Shown here: in pieces, positions 45,501 through 63,339 of the stretch
Position numbering within the stretch: position 1 is the first letter of the stretch
Layout: each line of letters starts with the position of its first letter
Origin: the human T2T-CHM13v2.0 reference genome, Homo sapiens
NCBI GenBank assembly: GCA_009914755.4
Contig: CP086569.2
Span: 20,224,001-20,288,000 of the forward strand
Direction of reading: 5' to 3'
DNA: 64,000 nucleotides
Notes under the pieces: generated by a model
Database searches by the model: none
The model's input: the letters and a program-made list of their open reading frames with translations, nothing else
What the model was told of the DNA's origin: nothing
Translations under genes and position numbers: made by a program

Positions 45501-47996
45501 TATCTCTTATGAGCCCACCATCATTATACAAAAATCTGGCAAAGACACACACAAAAAAGAAAAATTCATGCCAATATACATGATGAACATTGATGTGAAA
45601 ATCCTCAATAAAATACTGCAAAGTGAACCCAGCAGCACATCAAAAAGCTTATCCACCATGATCAAGTTGGCTTCATCTCTGGGATGCAAGACTTGTTCAG
45701 CATACACAAATCATTAAATGTAAGCCATCGCATAAACAGAATCAATGACAAAAACCACATGATTATCCAATAGATGCAGAAAGGCTTTCAGTAAAATTCA
45801 ACATTGCTTCATGGTAAAACTCTCAATAAACTAGGTATTGATGGAACATATCTCAAAATAATAAGAGCTTTTTATGTCACATCCATAGACAATATCATAC
45901 TGAATAGACAAAAGCTGGTAGCATTCCCTTTGAAAGCGGGCACAAGACAACGATGCCTTCTCACACCACTCCTATTCAACATAGTGTTGGAAATTCTGTC
46001 CAGGGCAATCAGACAAGAGAAAGAAATAAAGGTATTCAAATAGAGAAGAAGTCAAATTGTCTCTGTTTGCAGATGACATAATTGCATATTTAGAAAACTC
46101 CATCATCTCAGCCCCAAAACCCTTTAAGCTCATAAGAAACTTCAGCAAATTCTCAGGATACAAAATCAATGTGCAAAAATCACAGTCATTCCTATACACC
46201 AGTAATAGACAAGCTGAGAGCCAAATCATGAGTGAATGCCAATTCAGAATTGCTACACAGAGAACAAAATACCTAGGAATAAAACTTACAGGGGATGTAA
46301 AGGACCTCTTCAAGAAGAACTATAAACCACTGTTTAAGGAAGTAAGAGAGGACCCAAACAAATCGAAAAACATTCCATGATCATGGATAGGAAGAATCAA
46401 TATTGTGAAAATGTCCATAGTGCCCAAAGTAATTTATAGATTCAATGCTATTCTTATCAAGCTACCATTGACTTTCTTCAAAGATTTAGATAAAAATAAT
46501 TTAAATTTCATGTGGAACCAAAAAAAAGAGCTCATATAGTCAAGATAATCCTAAGCAAATGAACAAAGCTGGAGTCATCATTCTACTTAACTTCAAACTA
46601 CACTACAAGGCTACAGTATCTAAAACAGCATGGTGCTGGCACCAAAACAGATATACAGACCAATGGAACAGAACAGAGGCCAGAAATACCACCACACATC
46701 TACAACCATCTGATATTTAACAAACCTGACAAAAACATTCAATGGGGAAGTATTCATTATTTAATAAATGTTGCTGCAAAACTATGTGGAGAAAACAGAA
46801 ACTGGGCAGTTCCTTACACCTCATATAAAAATTAACTCTAGATGCATTAAGGATTTAAATGTAAAACCTAAAACTATAAAAACGCTAGAAGAAAACCTAG
46901 GCAATGCCATTCAGGACATAGGCATGAGCAAAGACTCATGATGAAAACACCAAAAGCAATGGCAACAAAAGCCAAAATTGACAAATCATATCAAATCAAA
47001 CTCAAGAGCTTCTACACAACAAAATAAACTAGCATCGGAGTGAACAGGCAACCTACAGAATAGGAGAAAAATTTTGCAATCTATCTATCTGACAAAGGTC
47101 TAATATCTAGACTCCACAAGGAACTTAAACAAATTTATAAGAAAAAAACAACCTCATCAAAAAGTGGGAAAAGGATATAAATGGACACTTCTCAAAAGAA
47201 GACTTCATGTGACCAACAAACATATGAAAAAAAGCTCATCATCACTCATCATTAGAGAAATGCAAATCAAAATCACAATGTGATGCCATCTCACTCCAAT
47301 TAGAATGGCAATTATTAAAAAGGAAGCAACAGATCCTGGAGAAGCTGTGGAAGAATAGTAATGCTTTTACACTGTTGGTGGGTGTATAAATTAGTTCAAC
47401 CATTGTGGAAGAGTGTGTGGTGATTCCTCAAGGATCTAGAATCAGAAATACAATGTGGCCCAGCTATCCCATTACTGAGCACACATCAAAGTGTTATAAA
47501 TCATTCTACCCTTAAGACACATGCACATGTATGATTATTGCAGCACTACTTACAATAGCAAAGACTTGGAACCTACCCAAATGCCCATCAATAATAGATT
47601 GGATAAAGAAAATGTGGCACATATACACCATGGAATACTATGCAGCCATCAGAAATTAGTTCATGTTTTTGCAGGGACATGGATGAAGCTGGGAGCCATC
47701 ATTCGCAGCCAACTAACACAGGAACATAAAACCAAACACCGCCTGTTCTCACTCATAAGTGGGAGTTGAACAATTAGAACAAATGGACATAGGGAGGGGA
47801 ACATCACACACCAAGGCCTTTTGGGGCCATGGGGGAAAGTGGAGGGAGAGCATTAGAAAACACATAGGGCATGTGGGGCGTAAAACAGAGATGACAGTTT
47901 GATAAGTGCAGCAAACCACCATGGCACATGTATACCTATGTAACAAACGTTCATGTTCTGCACATGTATCCCAGAACTTAAAGTAAAATAAAAAAA
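42569..47996 (+). mobile_element. L1PA (intermediate-age L1PA, roughly L1PA6-10 class), near full length, about 5.4 kb: 5'UTR, degenerate ORF1 and ORF2, 3'UTR, poly-A. Flanked by candidate 15-bp TSDs
   Basis: 5'UTR start ccaagatgagcgaataggaacagttctggtgtgcagttcccagcaagaccaatgccgaaggtgggtgatttctgcatttcc (cf. GAGCCAAGATGGCCGAATAGGAACAGCTCC...GACGGGTGATTTCTGCATTTCC). ORF1 remnant 43548-44160 (MKKNNQSLQKIWNYVKRPNLKLTGVPE...). ORF2 fragments MTESNS..INHKHKWQNAAIKRHRLANWIKSQDPSVCYIQE..., [86 protein letters not shown]. 3' end ...ggcacatgtatacctatgtaacaaacgttcatgttctgcacatgtatcccagaacttaaagtaaaataaaaaaa. Candidate TSD GAAAAGTACCCATCA at 42554-42568 against GAAAAATATCCATCA at 47999-48013, 12/15 matching. 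Confidence 0.85.
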
Positions 47997-48013
47997 TAGA
48001 AAAATATCCATCA

Positions 48014-48790
48014 TGTACTCTATTCATTACCCTGGTTACAAAATAATTTGTACACAAACCACTGTGACACACAATTTAAACATGTAACAAGTCTGAACAT
48101 GTACCCTCTGAACTGAACATAATAATTGAAAATTAAGAAAGACAAAAATAAGACAATTTTGTGAATATGTAAAAAAAAAAAAGAGAATTCTTTTTCATTG
48201 TTGGTGGGAATGTAAATTAGTACAGTCACTATAAAAAATTGTGAAGAACAAATATTTTTCACAGAATCATACATACAGCTTCTACTAAATTCTGCCATTT
48301 TTGGGGGGGTATTAATTTAAATGAAAAAAAATAAATATATAAAAAATATATATTCCAATCCTATACTTATCCCAGCCCTGCTTACATCAGCAGAAACATG
48401 GACTCTACATGTATCCACAAATACATGATGAAGAAAGTATAATATATACATATATATATACAAAAAAATTACTTATTCACTAAAAAAATAAAAAATGTTT
48501 TGCAACAAGAATAATGAAACTGAAGGTTCTTATTTTAAGTAAAACAAGTCTGGCATAGAAAGTTAAATATTGCATGTTCTCACTCATAAGTAGGTGCTGA
48601 AAGCATGTACTCATGGTTATAGACAGTAGAGAGTGGATATAGACAAGGAGGCTGTGAATGGGATGGATTGGAAGAAGCATGGCTGATCAATTAATGGATA
48701 ATGGATACAAAGTATGTTTTTCAAGTAATCAGTACCATAAAGTTCTTACTTGAACATCATGCAATCAAAGCCTCTAACTAACTTATATCC
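48014..48790 (+). mobile_element. L1M/L1MA 3'-end fragments (continuation of the host L1M downstream of the L1PA insertion)
   Basis: ...aaaccactgtgacacacaatttaaacatgtaacaagtctgaacatgtaccctctgaac..; 48180-48250 gagaattctttttcattgttggtgggaatgtaaattagtacagtcactataaaaaattgtgaagaac; 48540-48700 ...aaatattgcatgttctcactcataagtaggtgctgaaagcatgtactcatggttatagacagtagagagtggatatagacaaggaggctgtgaatgggatgg. Confidence 0.65.
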
Positions 48791-48924
48791 CATAAATTTA
48801 TGACAGATAGAATTAAAAAGTAAAACAATTGTTTAAAGGCTTAAACACAAATTTCTTCAAAAGAGATATACAAATGTTCAAAAAGCACATAAAAAGAAAT
48901 TCAACAATGGTAATTATTAGAATG

Positions 48925-49110
48925 AGAACACATGGACACAGGAAGGGGAACATCACACACGGTGGCCTGTTGTGGGGTAGGGGGAGGGATGAGGGATAGC
49001 TTTTGGAGATATACCTAATGTCAAACGGTGAGTTACTGGGTACAGCACACCAACATGGCACATGTATACATATGTAACTAACCTGCACCTTGTGCACATG
49101 TACCCTAAAA
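48925..49110 (+). mobile_element. Severely 5'-truncated L1PA insertion: only the 3'-terminal 190 bp or so plus A tail, nested in L1M
   Basis: aatgagaacacatggacacaggaaggggaacatcacacacggtggcctgttgtggggtagggggagggatgagggatagcttttggagatatacctaatgtcaaacggtgagttactgggtacagcacaccaacatggcacatgtatacatatgtaactaacctgcaccttgtgcacatgtaccctaaaacttaaagcataataaaaaaaag. Confidence 0.85.
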
Positions 49111-49570
49111 CTTAAAGCATAATAAAAAAAAGAAATTGCAAATTAAAACCATAGTGAGATATCACCTCACACACATTAGTATAGCCAATATTAAAAAAAA
49201 AAGAAGAAGACATGTTAGTAAACTTGTGAACAAAGGAGAAAGTAAAATGGTACAGACATTGTATTAAACAGTATAGTAGTTCCTCAAAAATTAAAATGTA
49301 CTGAACTGAGTGCACTGCTTTATGACTGTTACTCCATTTACATGAGAGGCTGAAGCAAAAGAATCACTTGAATCACTTTAACTTAAATTTTTAAGAGACT
49401 AACAAACCCATCAAAAGGGGTCAAAGGAAAGGAACAGATACTTCTCAAAAGAAGACATTTATACAGCAAAAAGACACAAAAAAGAACTTCAACATCATTG
49501 ATCATTAGAGAAATACAAATCAAAACTACAATGAAATACCATCTCATGCCAGTCAGAATGGCAATTATTA
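49110..49570 (+). mobile_element. L1M ORF2 C-terminal fragment
   Basis: aaattgcaaattaaaaccatagtgagatatcacctcacacacattag... and ...gaacagatacttctcaaaagaagacatttatacagcaaaaagacacaaaaaagaacttcaacatcattgatcattagagaaatacaaatcaaaactacaatgaaataccatctcatgccagtcagaatggcaattattaaa ([33 protein letters not shown]). Confidence 0.75.
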
Positions 49571-49589
49571 AATATATTGGTAAAGTCTG

Positions 49590-53180
<3,591 letters not shown>

Positions 53181-53199
53181 AAATTTATTTTATTTTATG

Positions 53200-53690
53200 G
53201 TTCTTTTGGCTTTTATTTTAAGTTCAGGGGTACAAGTACAGATTTGTTACATAGGTAAATGAGTGTGATGGGGTTTATTCTGCAGATAAGTTTTTCACCC
53301 AGGTATTAATCCTAGTACCCCAGTGTTGTTCTCCTCTGTGTGTCTATGCCTTCTCATCATTTAGCTAGTACATACAAATGAGAATATGTAGAATTTAGTT
53401 TTCTGCTCTTGCATTAGTTGGCAAGGAATAATTGTGTCAGCTGCACTCATGTTTCTGCAAAGGACATGATCTCATTCTTTATTATGGCTGCATAATATTT
53501 CATGGCATGTATGTACCATATTTTCTTTATCCAGTATATCACTGCTAAACAAAAAAAAATAATTCAGGAGCAAATTTATTTTCACACATTTGCATAATTT
53601 TGAGAATTTATTTTCATTTTTTATTACACTTTAAGTTTTAGGGTATATGTGCACAATGTGCAGGTTTACTATACATGTATACATGTTCTA
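53200..53690 (-). mobile_element. L1 (L1PB/L1MA and L1PA-like) 3'-end fragments
   Basis: 53200-53560 ttaagttcaggggtacaagtacagatttgttacataggtaaatgagtgtgatggggtttattctgcagataagtttttcacccaggtattaatcctagtaccc...catggcatgtatgtaccatattttctttatccagtatatcactgc. 53620-53690 ttacactttaagttttagggtatatgtgcacaatgtgcaggtttactatacatgtatacatgtt. Confidence 0.8.
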
Positions 53691-53699
53691 AATTTGATA

Positions 53700-55820
53700 T
53701 GCTGTGGTCAAAGTAAATTCTATATAAAATTTTGATGTTTTTAGTTTATTGAGACTTATTTTGTGACCTATTATGTGGTCTATCTTGGAGAAGACATTAT
53801 CATATGCAGATAAAAATGCATATTTTTGAAGATTTTTGTTAAAATCTACTGTAAACATCTGTTATGTTTGTTTGTTCGAAAGGTAATTTAAGTTCAGTGT
53901 TTCTTTGCTGACTTTCTCTCTCAGTGATCTGTCTAGGAATTTCAGTCAAATGTTAAAGTTTTCCACTATTATTGTGTTGCTCTGTCTGTTTTTTATTAGA
54001 TCTAATGGTAATAAGTCTGGGACGTCCAGAGTAGAGTACACATATACTTAGTGTTGTTGTATTTTCTTGTTCAACTGATCATTTTATAATGTTATTTATT
54101 TTTTATTATCGTTGCTTTAAAATCTGTTTTATCTGATATGAGAATAGCTATTCTCGCCCACTTTTTGTTTTCCTTTTTATAAAATGCTGTTTTTGGCCAG
54201 GCTTGGTGATTGAGCACCTGTAATCCCAGCACTTTAGGGGGCTGAGGCAGGTGAATCATGAGGTCAGGAGATCGAGACCATTCTAGCTAACACAGTGAAG
54301 CCCCATTTCTACAAAAAAAAATACAAAAAATTAGATGGGCATGGTAGCACATACCTGTAGTCTCAGCTACTCAGGAGGCTGAGGCAAGAGAATTGCTTGA
54401 ACCCAGGAAGCAGAGGATGTAGTGTGCCAGAGGTTGTAGAGAGCCAAGACTGCATCACTGCACTTGGTGACAGAGTAAGACTCCATCTCTAAAAAACAAA
54501 ACAAAATGCTGTTTTCTACTTCTGAACCTTGAGTCTATAATGGTCTTCATACATTAAATGGGTCTCTTGAAGGTAGATATATGGTTTGTGAATTGTAAAA
54601 TTTATGCAATCAACATATATCCTTAAGTGAGTTATTTAGATTATTTACATGTAATCCTAATATTGAAATATCAAGTACTGCTGAAGTCATTGTGTCAGTT
54701 TTTAGGGATTACTTATGTTACTGTTTATATACCCTTTGCATATTATGCCCTCAAAACTTTTTATTACAGTATGTAGCAATCATTTTCCTCAAAATTTAGA
54801 ACTTCTTTTAGCATTTGTTATAGAACTGATTTAGTGGTGACAAATTTTGTCTTGAAAACACTATTTATTCTTTATTTATAGAAATTATGTCTCCAATCTT
54901 TCAAAACAAAACAAAACAAAAATTTTGGCTGACAGTTATTACCTTTAAAGGAACTAAGGACTTTAAGTTCTCAAAAAAAAGGAGTAAAATTTTCCATAAA
55001 ATTGTCTCTAAAATTTCAGACATCTAGTTTTTCTTTTGATCTTGCAGTTTATTTATTTCTTTGTTTATTTTTTGAAACTTTATTTTAGGTTTACAGGGTA
55101 AATGTGAAGGTTCATACTTCAGTAAATTGCATGTTGTGGAGATTTGGTGTGCAAATGAATTCACTGCCCAAATTGTGAACATAGTATTTCACTCATAGTT
55201 TTTCTACTTATACCCACTTTCCACCTTCCTTTTTTAAGTAACTCTTGGTGTCTATTGTTTTTTTCTTTAAGACCACTTGTATTCAGTATTTAGTAAAAAC
55301 TTATAAGTGAGAAAATATGATATTTAATTTTTCATCCTGCATTAATTCACTTAAAGTAATGTCCTCTAGCTGCGTCCATGTTGCTGCAAGAAATATAATT
55401 TTTTCCATGAATCAAATATTATAAAACAGCTTTTTAAACTTTTATTTTAAATTTAGCGGTACTACAATTTTTCCATCCATTTGTCTGCTAATAAATACTT
55501 GGGTTGCTTCCAAATCTTGGGTATTGTAAACAGTGGTGCAGCAAACATGAGTGCAGGTATTTCTTTGATATATTGATTTCCTTTCAGAAACATTTAATCA
55601 AAAGTAAAATTGCTGAATAATATGGTCCCTTTATTTTTAGATGCTTTGAAAAATTTAAAACTGTTCTTTGTAATTATTGTACTAATTAGCAATGAGAGTT
55701 CTCTTTCACACTACCTTCTAGTTAGCATTTTTTATTGCCTGTATTTTGGATAAAAGCTATTTTAACTGAGGTGAGATGAGATCTCATTGTAGTTTTAATA
55801 TGCAATTCTCTGATTATCAA
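53700..55820 (-). mobile_element. L1M remnant (ORF2 N-terminal and 5' region), host of an Alu and of the full-length L1PA
   Basis: L1-ORF2-like reverse-complement sequence, e.g. ...gagacttattttgtgacctattatgtggtctatcttggagaag... and at 55700-55800 ..ctgaggtgagatgagatctcattgtagttttaatatgcaattctctgattatcaa (reverse complement of ORF2 ..RW.LIVVL.CISLMI..). Confidence 0.6.
54195..54503 (+). mobile_element. Alu with a 13-bp TSD
   Basis: ggccaggcttggtgattgagcacctgtaatcccagcactttagggggctgaggcaggtgaatcatgaggtcaggagatcgagaccattctagctaacacagtgaagccccatttctacaaaaaaaaatacaaaaaattagatgggcatggtagcacatacctgtagtctcagctactcaggaggctgaggcaagagaattgcttgaacccaggaagcagagg...gactccatctctaaaaaacaaaacaaa. The TSD AAAATGCTGTTTT is at 54181-54193 and again at 54504-54516. 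Confidence 0.9.
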
Positions 55821-56432
55821 TTTTTTTTATATATATACGTTTAAGTTTTAGGGTACATGTGCACATTGTGCAGGTTCGTTACATATGTATACATGTGCCA
55901 TGCTGGTGCGCTGCACCCATTAACTCATCATCTAGCATTAGGTATATCTCCCGATGCTATCCCTCCCCCCTCCCCCCACCCCACAACAGTCCCCAGAGTG
56001 TGATATTCCCCTTCCTGTGTCCATGTGATCTCATTGTTCACTTCCCACCTATGAGTGAGAATATGTGGTGTTTGGTTTTTGTTCTTGAGATAGTTTACTG
56101 AGAATGATGATTTCCAATTTCATCCATGTCCCTACAAAGGACATGAACTCATCATTTTTTATGGCTGCATAGTATTCCATGGTGTATATGTGCCACATTT
56201 TCTTAATCCAGTCTATCATTGTTGGACATTTGGGTTGGTTCCAAGTCTTTACTATTGTGAATAATGCCGCAATAAACATACGGGTGCACATGTCTTTATA
56301 GCAGCATGATTTATAGTCCTTTGGGTATATACCCAGTAATGGGATGGCTGGGTCAAATGGTATTTCCAGTTCTAGATCCCTGAGGAATCGCCACACTGAC
56401 TTCCACAATGGTTGAACTAGTTTACAGTCCTA

Positions 56433-56792
<360 letters not shown>

Positions 56793-56795
56793 TTA

Positions 56796-57311
<516 letters not shown>

Positions 57312-57314
57312 TTA

Positions 57315-58889
<1,575 letters not shown>

Positions 58890-58892
58890 TTA

Positions 58893-59330
<438 letters not shown>

Positions 59331-59928
59331 CTATTAGGTCTGCTTGGTGCAGAGCTGAGTTCAATTCCTGGGTATCCTTGTTGACTTTCTGTCTCATCGA
59401 TCTGTCTAATGTTGACAGTGGGGTCTTAAAGTCTCCCATTATTAATGTGTGGGAGTCTAAGTCTCTTTGTAGGTCACTCAGGACTTGCTTTATGAATCTT
59501 GGTGCCCCTGTATTGGGTGCATATATATTTAGGATATTTAGCTCTTCTTGTTGAATTGATCCCTTTACCATTATGTAATGGCCTTCTTTGTCTCTTTTGA
59601 TCTTTCTTGGTTTAAAGTCTGTTTTATCAGAGACTAGGATTGCAACCCCTGCCTTTTTTTGTTTTCCATTTGCTTGGTAGATCTTCCTCCACCCTTTTAT
59701 TTTGAGCCTATGTGTGTCTCTGCATGTGAGATGGGTTTCTTGAATACAGCACTCTGATGGGTCTTGACTCTTTATCCAATTTGCCAGTCTGTGTCTTTTA
59801 ATTGGAGAATTTAGTCCATTTACATTTAAGGTTAATATTGTTATGTGTGAATTTGATCCTGTCATTATGATGTTAGCTGGTTATTTTGCTCATTAGTTGA
59901 TGCAGTTTCTTCCTAGTCTCGATGGTCT

Positions 59929-60588
59929 TTACATTTTGGCATGATTTTGCAGTGGCTGGTACCAGTTGTTCCTTTCCATGTTTAGCGCTTCCTTCAGGAG
60001 CTCTTGTAAGGCAGGCCTGGTGTTGACAAAATCTCTCAGCATTTGCTTGTCTGTAAAGTATTTTATTTCTCCTTCACTTATGAAGCTTAGTTTGGCTGGA
60101 TATGAAATTCTGGGTTGAAAATTCTTTTCTTTAAGAGTGTTGAATATTGGCCCCCACTCTCTTCTGGCTTGTAGGGTTTCTGCCGAGAGATCCACTGTTA
60201 GTCTCATGGGCTTCCCTTTGAGGGTAACCCGACCTTTCTCTCTGGCTGCCCTTAATATTTTTGCCTTCATTTCAACTTTGGTGAATCTGACAATTATGTG
60301 TCTTGGAGTTGCTCTTCTCGAGGAGTATCTTTGTGGCGTTCTCTGTATTTCCTGAATCTGAACGTTGGCCTGCCTTGCTAGATTGGGGAAGTTCTCCTGG
60401 ATAATATCCTGTAGCGTGTTTTCCAACTTGGTTCCATTCTCTCCATCACTTTCAGGTGCACCAATCAGACGTAGATTTGGTCTTTTCACATAGTCCCATA
60501 TTTCTTGGAGGCTTTGCTCATTTCTTTTTATTCTTTTTTCTATAGACTTCCTTTCTCGCTTCATTTCATTCATTTCATCTTCCATCAC
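59929..60588 (-). pseudogene. L1 ORF1p remnant, the C-terminal 219 codons. The upstream part is cut off by an in-frame TGA (CGA>TGA) at about 60611-60613
   Basis: ORF track: (V/M)MEDEMNEMKRERKSIEKRIKRNEQSLQEIWDYVKRPNLRLIGAPESDGENGTKLENTLQDIIQENFPNLARQANVQIQEIQRTPQRYSSRRATPRHIIVRFTKVEMKAKILRAAREKGRVTLKGKPMRLTVDLSAETLQARREWGPIFNTLKEKNFQPRISYPAKLSFISEGEIKYFTDKQMLRDFVNTRPALQELLKEALNMERNNWYQPLQNHAKM (= L1HS ORF1p C-terminal two-thirds). Upstream the reverse complement reads ...cag gag cTG Atg cga tca act gga aga aag ggt atc agt g..., where L1HS has AGG AGC CGA TGC GAT CAA CTG GAA. Confidence 0.9.
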
Positions 60589-60899
60589 TGATACCCTTTC
60601 TTCCAGTTGATCGCATCAGCTCCTGAGGCTTCTGCATTCTTCACGTAGTTCTCGAGCCTTGGTTTTCAGCTCCATCAGCTCCTTTAAACACTTCTCTGTA
60701 TTTGTTATTCTAGTTATACATTCTTCTAAATTTTTTTCAAAGTTTTCAACTTCTTTGCCTTTGTTTTGAATGTCCTCCCATAGCTCAGAATAATTTGATC
60801 ATCTGAAGCCTTCTTCTCTCAGCTCATCAAAGTCATTCTCCATCCAGCTTTGTTCTGTTGCTGGTGAGGAACTGCGTTCCTTTGGAGGAGGAGAGGCAC

Positions 60900-61856
60900 T
60901 CTGCTTTTTAGAGTTTCCAGTTTTTCTGTTCTGTTTTTTCCCCATCTTTGTGGTTTTTATCTACTTTTGGTCTTTGATGATGGTGATGTACAGATGGGTT
61001 TTTGGTGTGGATGTCCTTTCTGTTTGTTAGTTTTCCTTCTAACAGAGAAGACCCTCAGCTGCAGGTCTGTTGGAGTACCCTGCCGTGTGAGGTGTCAGTG
61101 TGCCCCTGCTGGGGGGTGCCTCCCAGTTAGGCTACTTGGGGGTCAGGGGCCAGGGACCCACTTGAGGAGGCAGTCTGCCCATTCTCAGATCTCCAGCTGC
61201 GTGCTGGGAGAACCACTGCTGTCTTCAAAGCTGTCAGACAGGGATATTTAAGTCTGCAGAGGTTACTGCTGTCTTTTTGTTTGTCTGTGTCCTGCCCCCA
61301 GAGGTGGAGCCTACAAAGGCAGGCAGGCCTCCTTGAGCTGTTGTGGGCTCCACCCAGTTGGAGCTTCCCGGCTGCTTTGTTTACCTAATCAAGCCTGGGC
61401 AATGGCGGTCGCCCCTCCCCCAGCCTCGCTGCCGCCTTGCAGTTTGATCTCAGACTGCTGTGCTAGCAATCAGCGAGACTCCGTGGGCGTAGGACCCTCC
61501 GAGCCAGATGTGGGATATAATCTCGCGATGCGCCGTTTTTTAAGCCTGTCAGAAAAGCGCCATATTCGGGTGAGAGTGACCCAATTTTCCAGGTGCCATC
61601 CATCACCCCTTTCTTTGACTCAGAAGGGAACTCCCTGACCCCTTGTGCTTCCCAAGTGAGGCAATGCCTTGCCCTGCTTTGGCTCGTGCACGGTGCGCGC
61701 ACCCACTTACCTGCGCCCACTGTCTGGCACTCCCTAGTGAGATGAACCTGGTACCTCAGATGGAAATGCAGAAATCACCCGTCTTCTTCGTCGCTCACGC
61801 TGGGAGCTGTAGACCGGAGCTGTTCCTATTTGGCCATCTTGGCTCCCCCCGCCCCC
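60900..61856 (-). promoter_or_regulatory. L1PA 5'UTR: internal sense promoter and antisense-promoter region, and the only CpG-rich stretch in the window
   Basis: Reverse complement: GGGGGCGGGGGGAGCCAAGATGGCCGAATAGGAACAGCTCCGGTCTACAGCTCCCAGCGTGAGCGACGAAGAAGACGGGTGATTTCTGCATTTCCATCTGAGGTACCAGGTTCATCTCACTAGGGAGTGCCAGACAGTGGGCGCAGG.... CpG cluster ...cgcgagattatatcccacatctggctcggagggtcctacgcccacggagtctcgctg... Confidence 0.75.
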
Positions 61857-61869
61857 ATGATCAATGTTG

Positions 61870-62690
61870 ATTACCTTTTTCTATTCATATTTGTCTTTTT
61901 TATATCTTCTTTTGAAAAGCATTTATTCATGCATTTTTGCTAATTTTTCAATTGAATTATCATATTTCTAGCAGTTGTTTGAGCTTCTTATGTATTGTGT
62001 TTATTAATCTCTTAGATGAGTAGTTCACAAATGTTTTCTCCCATTCTGTGTATTGTCTCTTCACTTTGCTTTTTTTGTTGTTGTTTTTTTTTTTAGTGCA
62101 GGAGGTTTTAAAATTGGTGATCCCACATACACATTTAAGCTTTGGTTATTAGTGCTTGTATAATATTACTTTAAAACTATTTTTGCCTAGCTCATTGGCC
62201 TGAATCATGCTCCCAATTTTTGGAGTTGATTTATAATTTAAGGTCTTATATTTAAGTCTTTCATCTTTTTTGATTTATCACATATAATAAGAGGTAAGGA
62301 CCTGGATTCATTTTTCTCCATATTTATATCTATTTTTACAACAGTTTTTGAAAAGACTGACATTTTTCTTACATTCATTTTGCAATTTTGCCAAAAATAA
62401 ATTTACTGTAGGTGTATGAATTTGCTTTGGAGTTCCTCTATTCTGTTGCCTTGCCCTGTGTGTTTATTTGTATGTCAATACCATCCTGTTTGGTTACTAC
62501 ACTTCATAATATAATTTAAAGTCAAATCATGTGATTCCTCCTGTTGTGTTCTTTTTGCTCAGAATAGTTTTGGCTATTCTGAGACTTTCATGATGCCATA
62601 TGTTTTAGAATAGTTTTTTATAATTATATAAATAAAGTTATTGTTATTTTTTATAGTGACTGCATTAAATCTGTGATTATCTTAGGCCCA
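61870..62690 (-). mobile_element. L1M ORF2 fragment (host L1M continuing on the far side of the L1PA insertion)
   Basis: ...gagtagttcacaaatgttttctcccattctgtgtattgtctcttcactttgc...caataccatcctgtttggttactacacttcataatataatttaaagtcaaatcatgtgattcctcc...tgactgcattaaatctgtgattatcttaggc (reverse complement of L1 ORF2 C-terminal region motifs). Confidence 0.65.
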
Positions 62691-62699
62691 TAAATCACT

Positions 62700-63090
62700 A
62701 AGCTAAAAAGAAAAGTCTAACTGGGATCTGCTTAAGGCAATCCTGCCTCCCATTGTATTCAAAGTCACCACTTTGCACACTGAGATAAATGCATATCTTA
62801 TTGCCTCTTTTGAAGAGGCTAATAAGACAGCAACAGTTTGTCTCTTATCTACTGATGATCTAGAAGCCCCCTCCCTGCTACAAGTTGTCTCTCTTTTCCA
62901 GACCAAAGCAACGTTCATGTTAGGTATTTTGATTGTTGTCTCATGTCTCCCTAAAATGTATAAAACCAAACTTTGACCACTTTGGGCACATGTGGTCAGG
63001 ACAGGCTGAGGTTGTGTAATGGTCAAGAGTCCTCAACCTTGGCAAAATTGACCTCCTAAGTTAAATAAGACCTGTCTCAGATTTTCACAA
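62700..63090. repeat. Unclassified interspersed-repeat-like segment, possibly LTR-derived
   Basis: Not L1 or Alu. The ORF track shows a 107-aa stop-free stretch in reverse complement with no recognisable domain. I am calling it a repeat only because of its position between repeats. Confidence 0.25.
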
Positions 63091-63330
63091 TCCTTACATT
63101 GACTTTGGTAGTAAGGATGTTTTACAATTTTACTGCTTTCAATAAGTGAGCATAGAATAACCTTTATTAGAGGATGTCCACTTCAATTTTTTCATCAGTG
63201 TTTTAAAGATTTTATTACAGAGATCATTCAGTTTTAGTTATTTTCTGTGTATTTTATTTGTGCTATTGTAAGTGGATTTACTTTTCTGTTGCTTTTTCAG
63301 GTTGCTTTTACATAAAATGCTACTGGTTTT
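63090..63330 (-). mobile_element. L1M ORF2 fragment
   Basis: ...gatgtccacttcaattttttcatcagtgttttaaagattttattacagagatcattcagttttagttattttctgtgtattttatttgtgctattgtaagtggatttacttttctgttgctttttcaggttgcttttacataaaatgctactgg. Confidence 0.6.
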
Positions 63331-63339
63331 TGTATGTTC

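Noticed and set aside
62703-63026. The 107-aa stop-free reverse-complement ORF (MTITQPQPVLTTCAQSGQSLVLYILGRHETT...) as a possible small gene
   Set aside because: It has no recognisable domain and low-complexity composition. It lies in a repeat-flanked segment with no splice or promoter context. A chance ORF in 64 kb of six-frame translation is expected.
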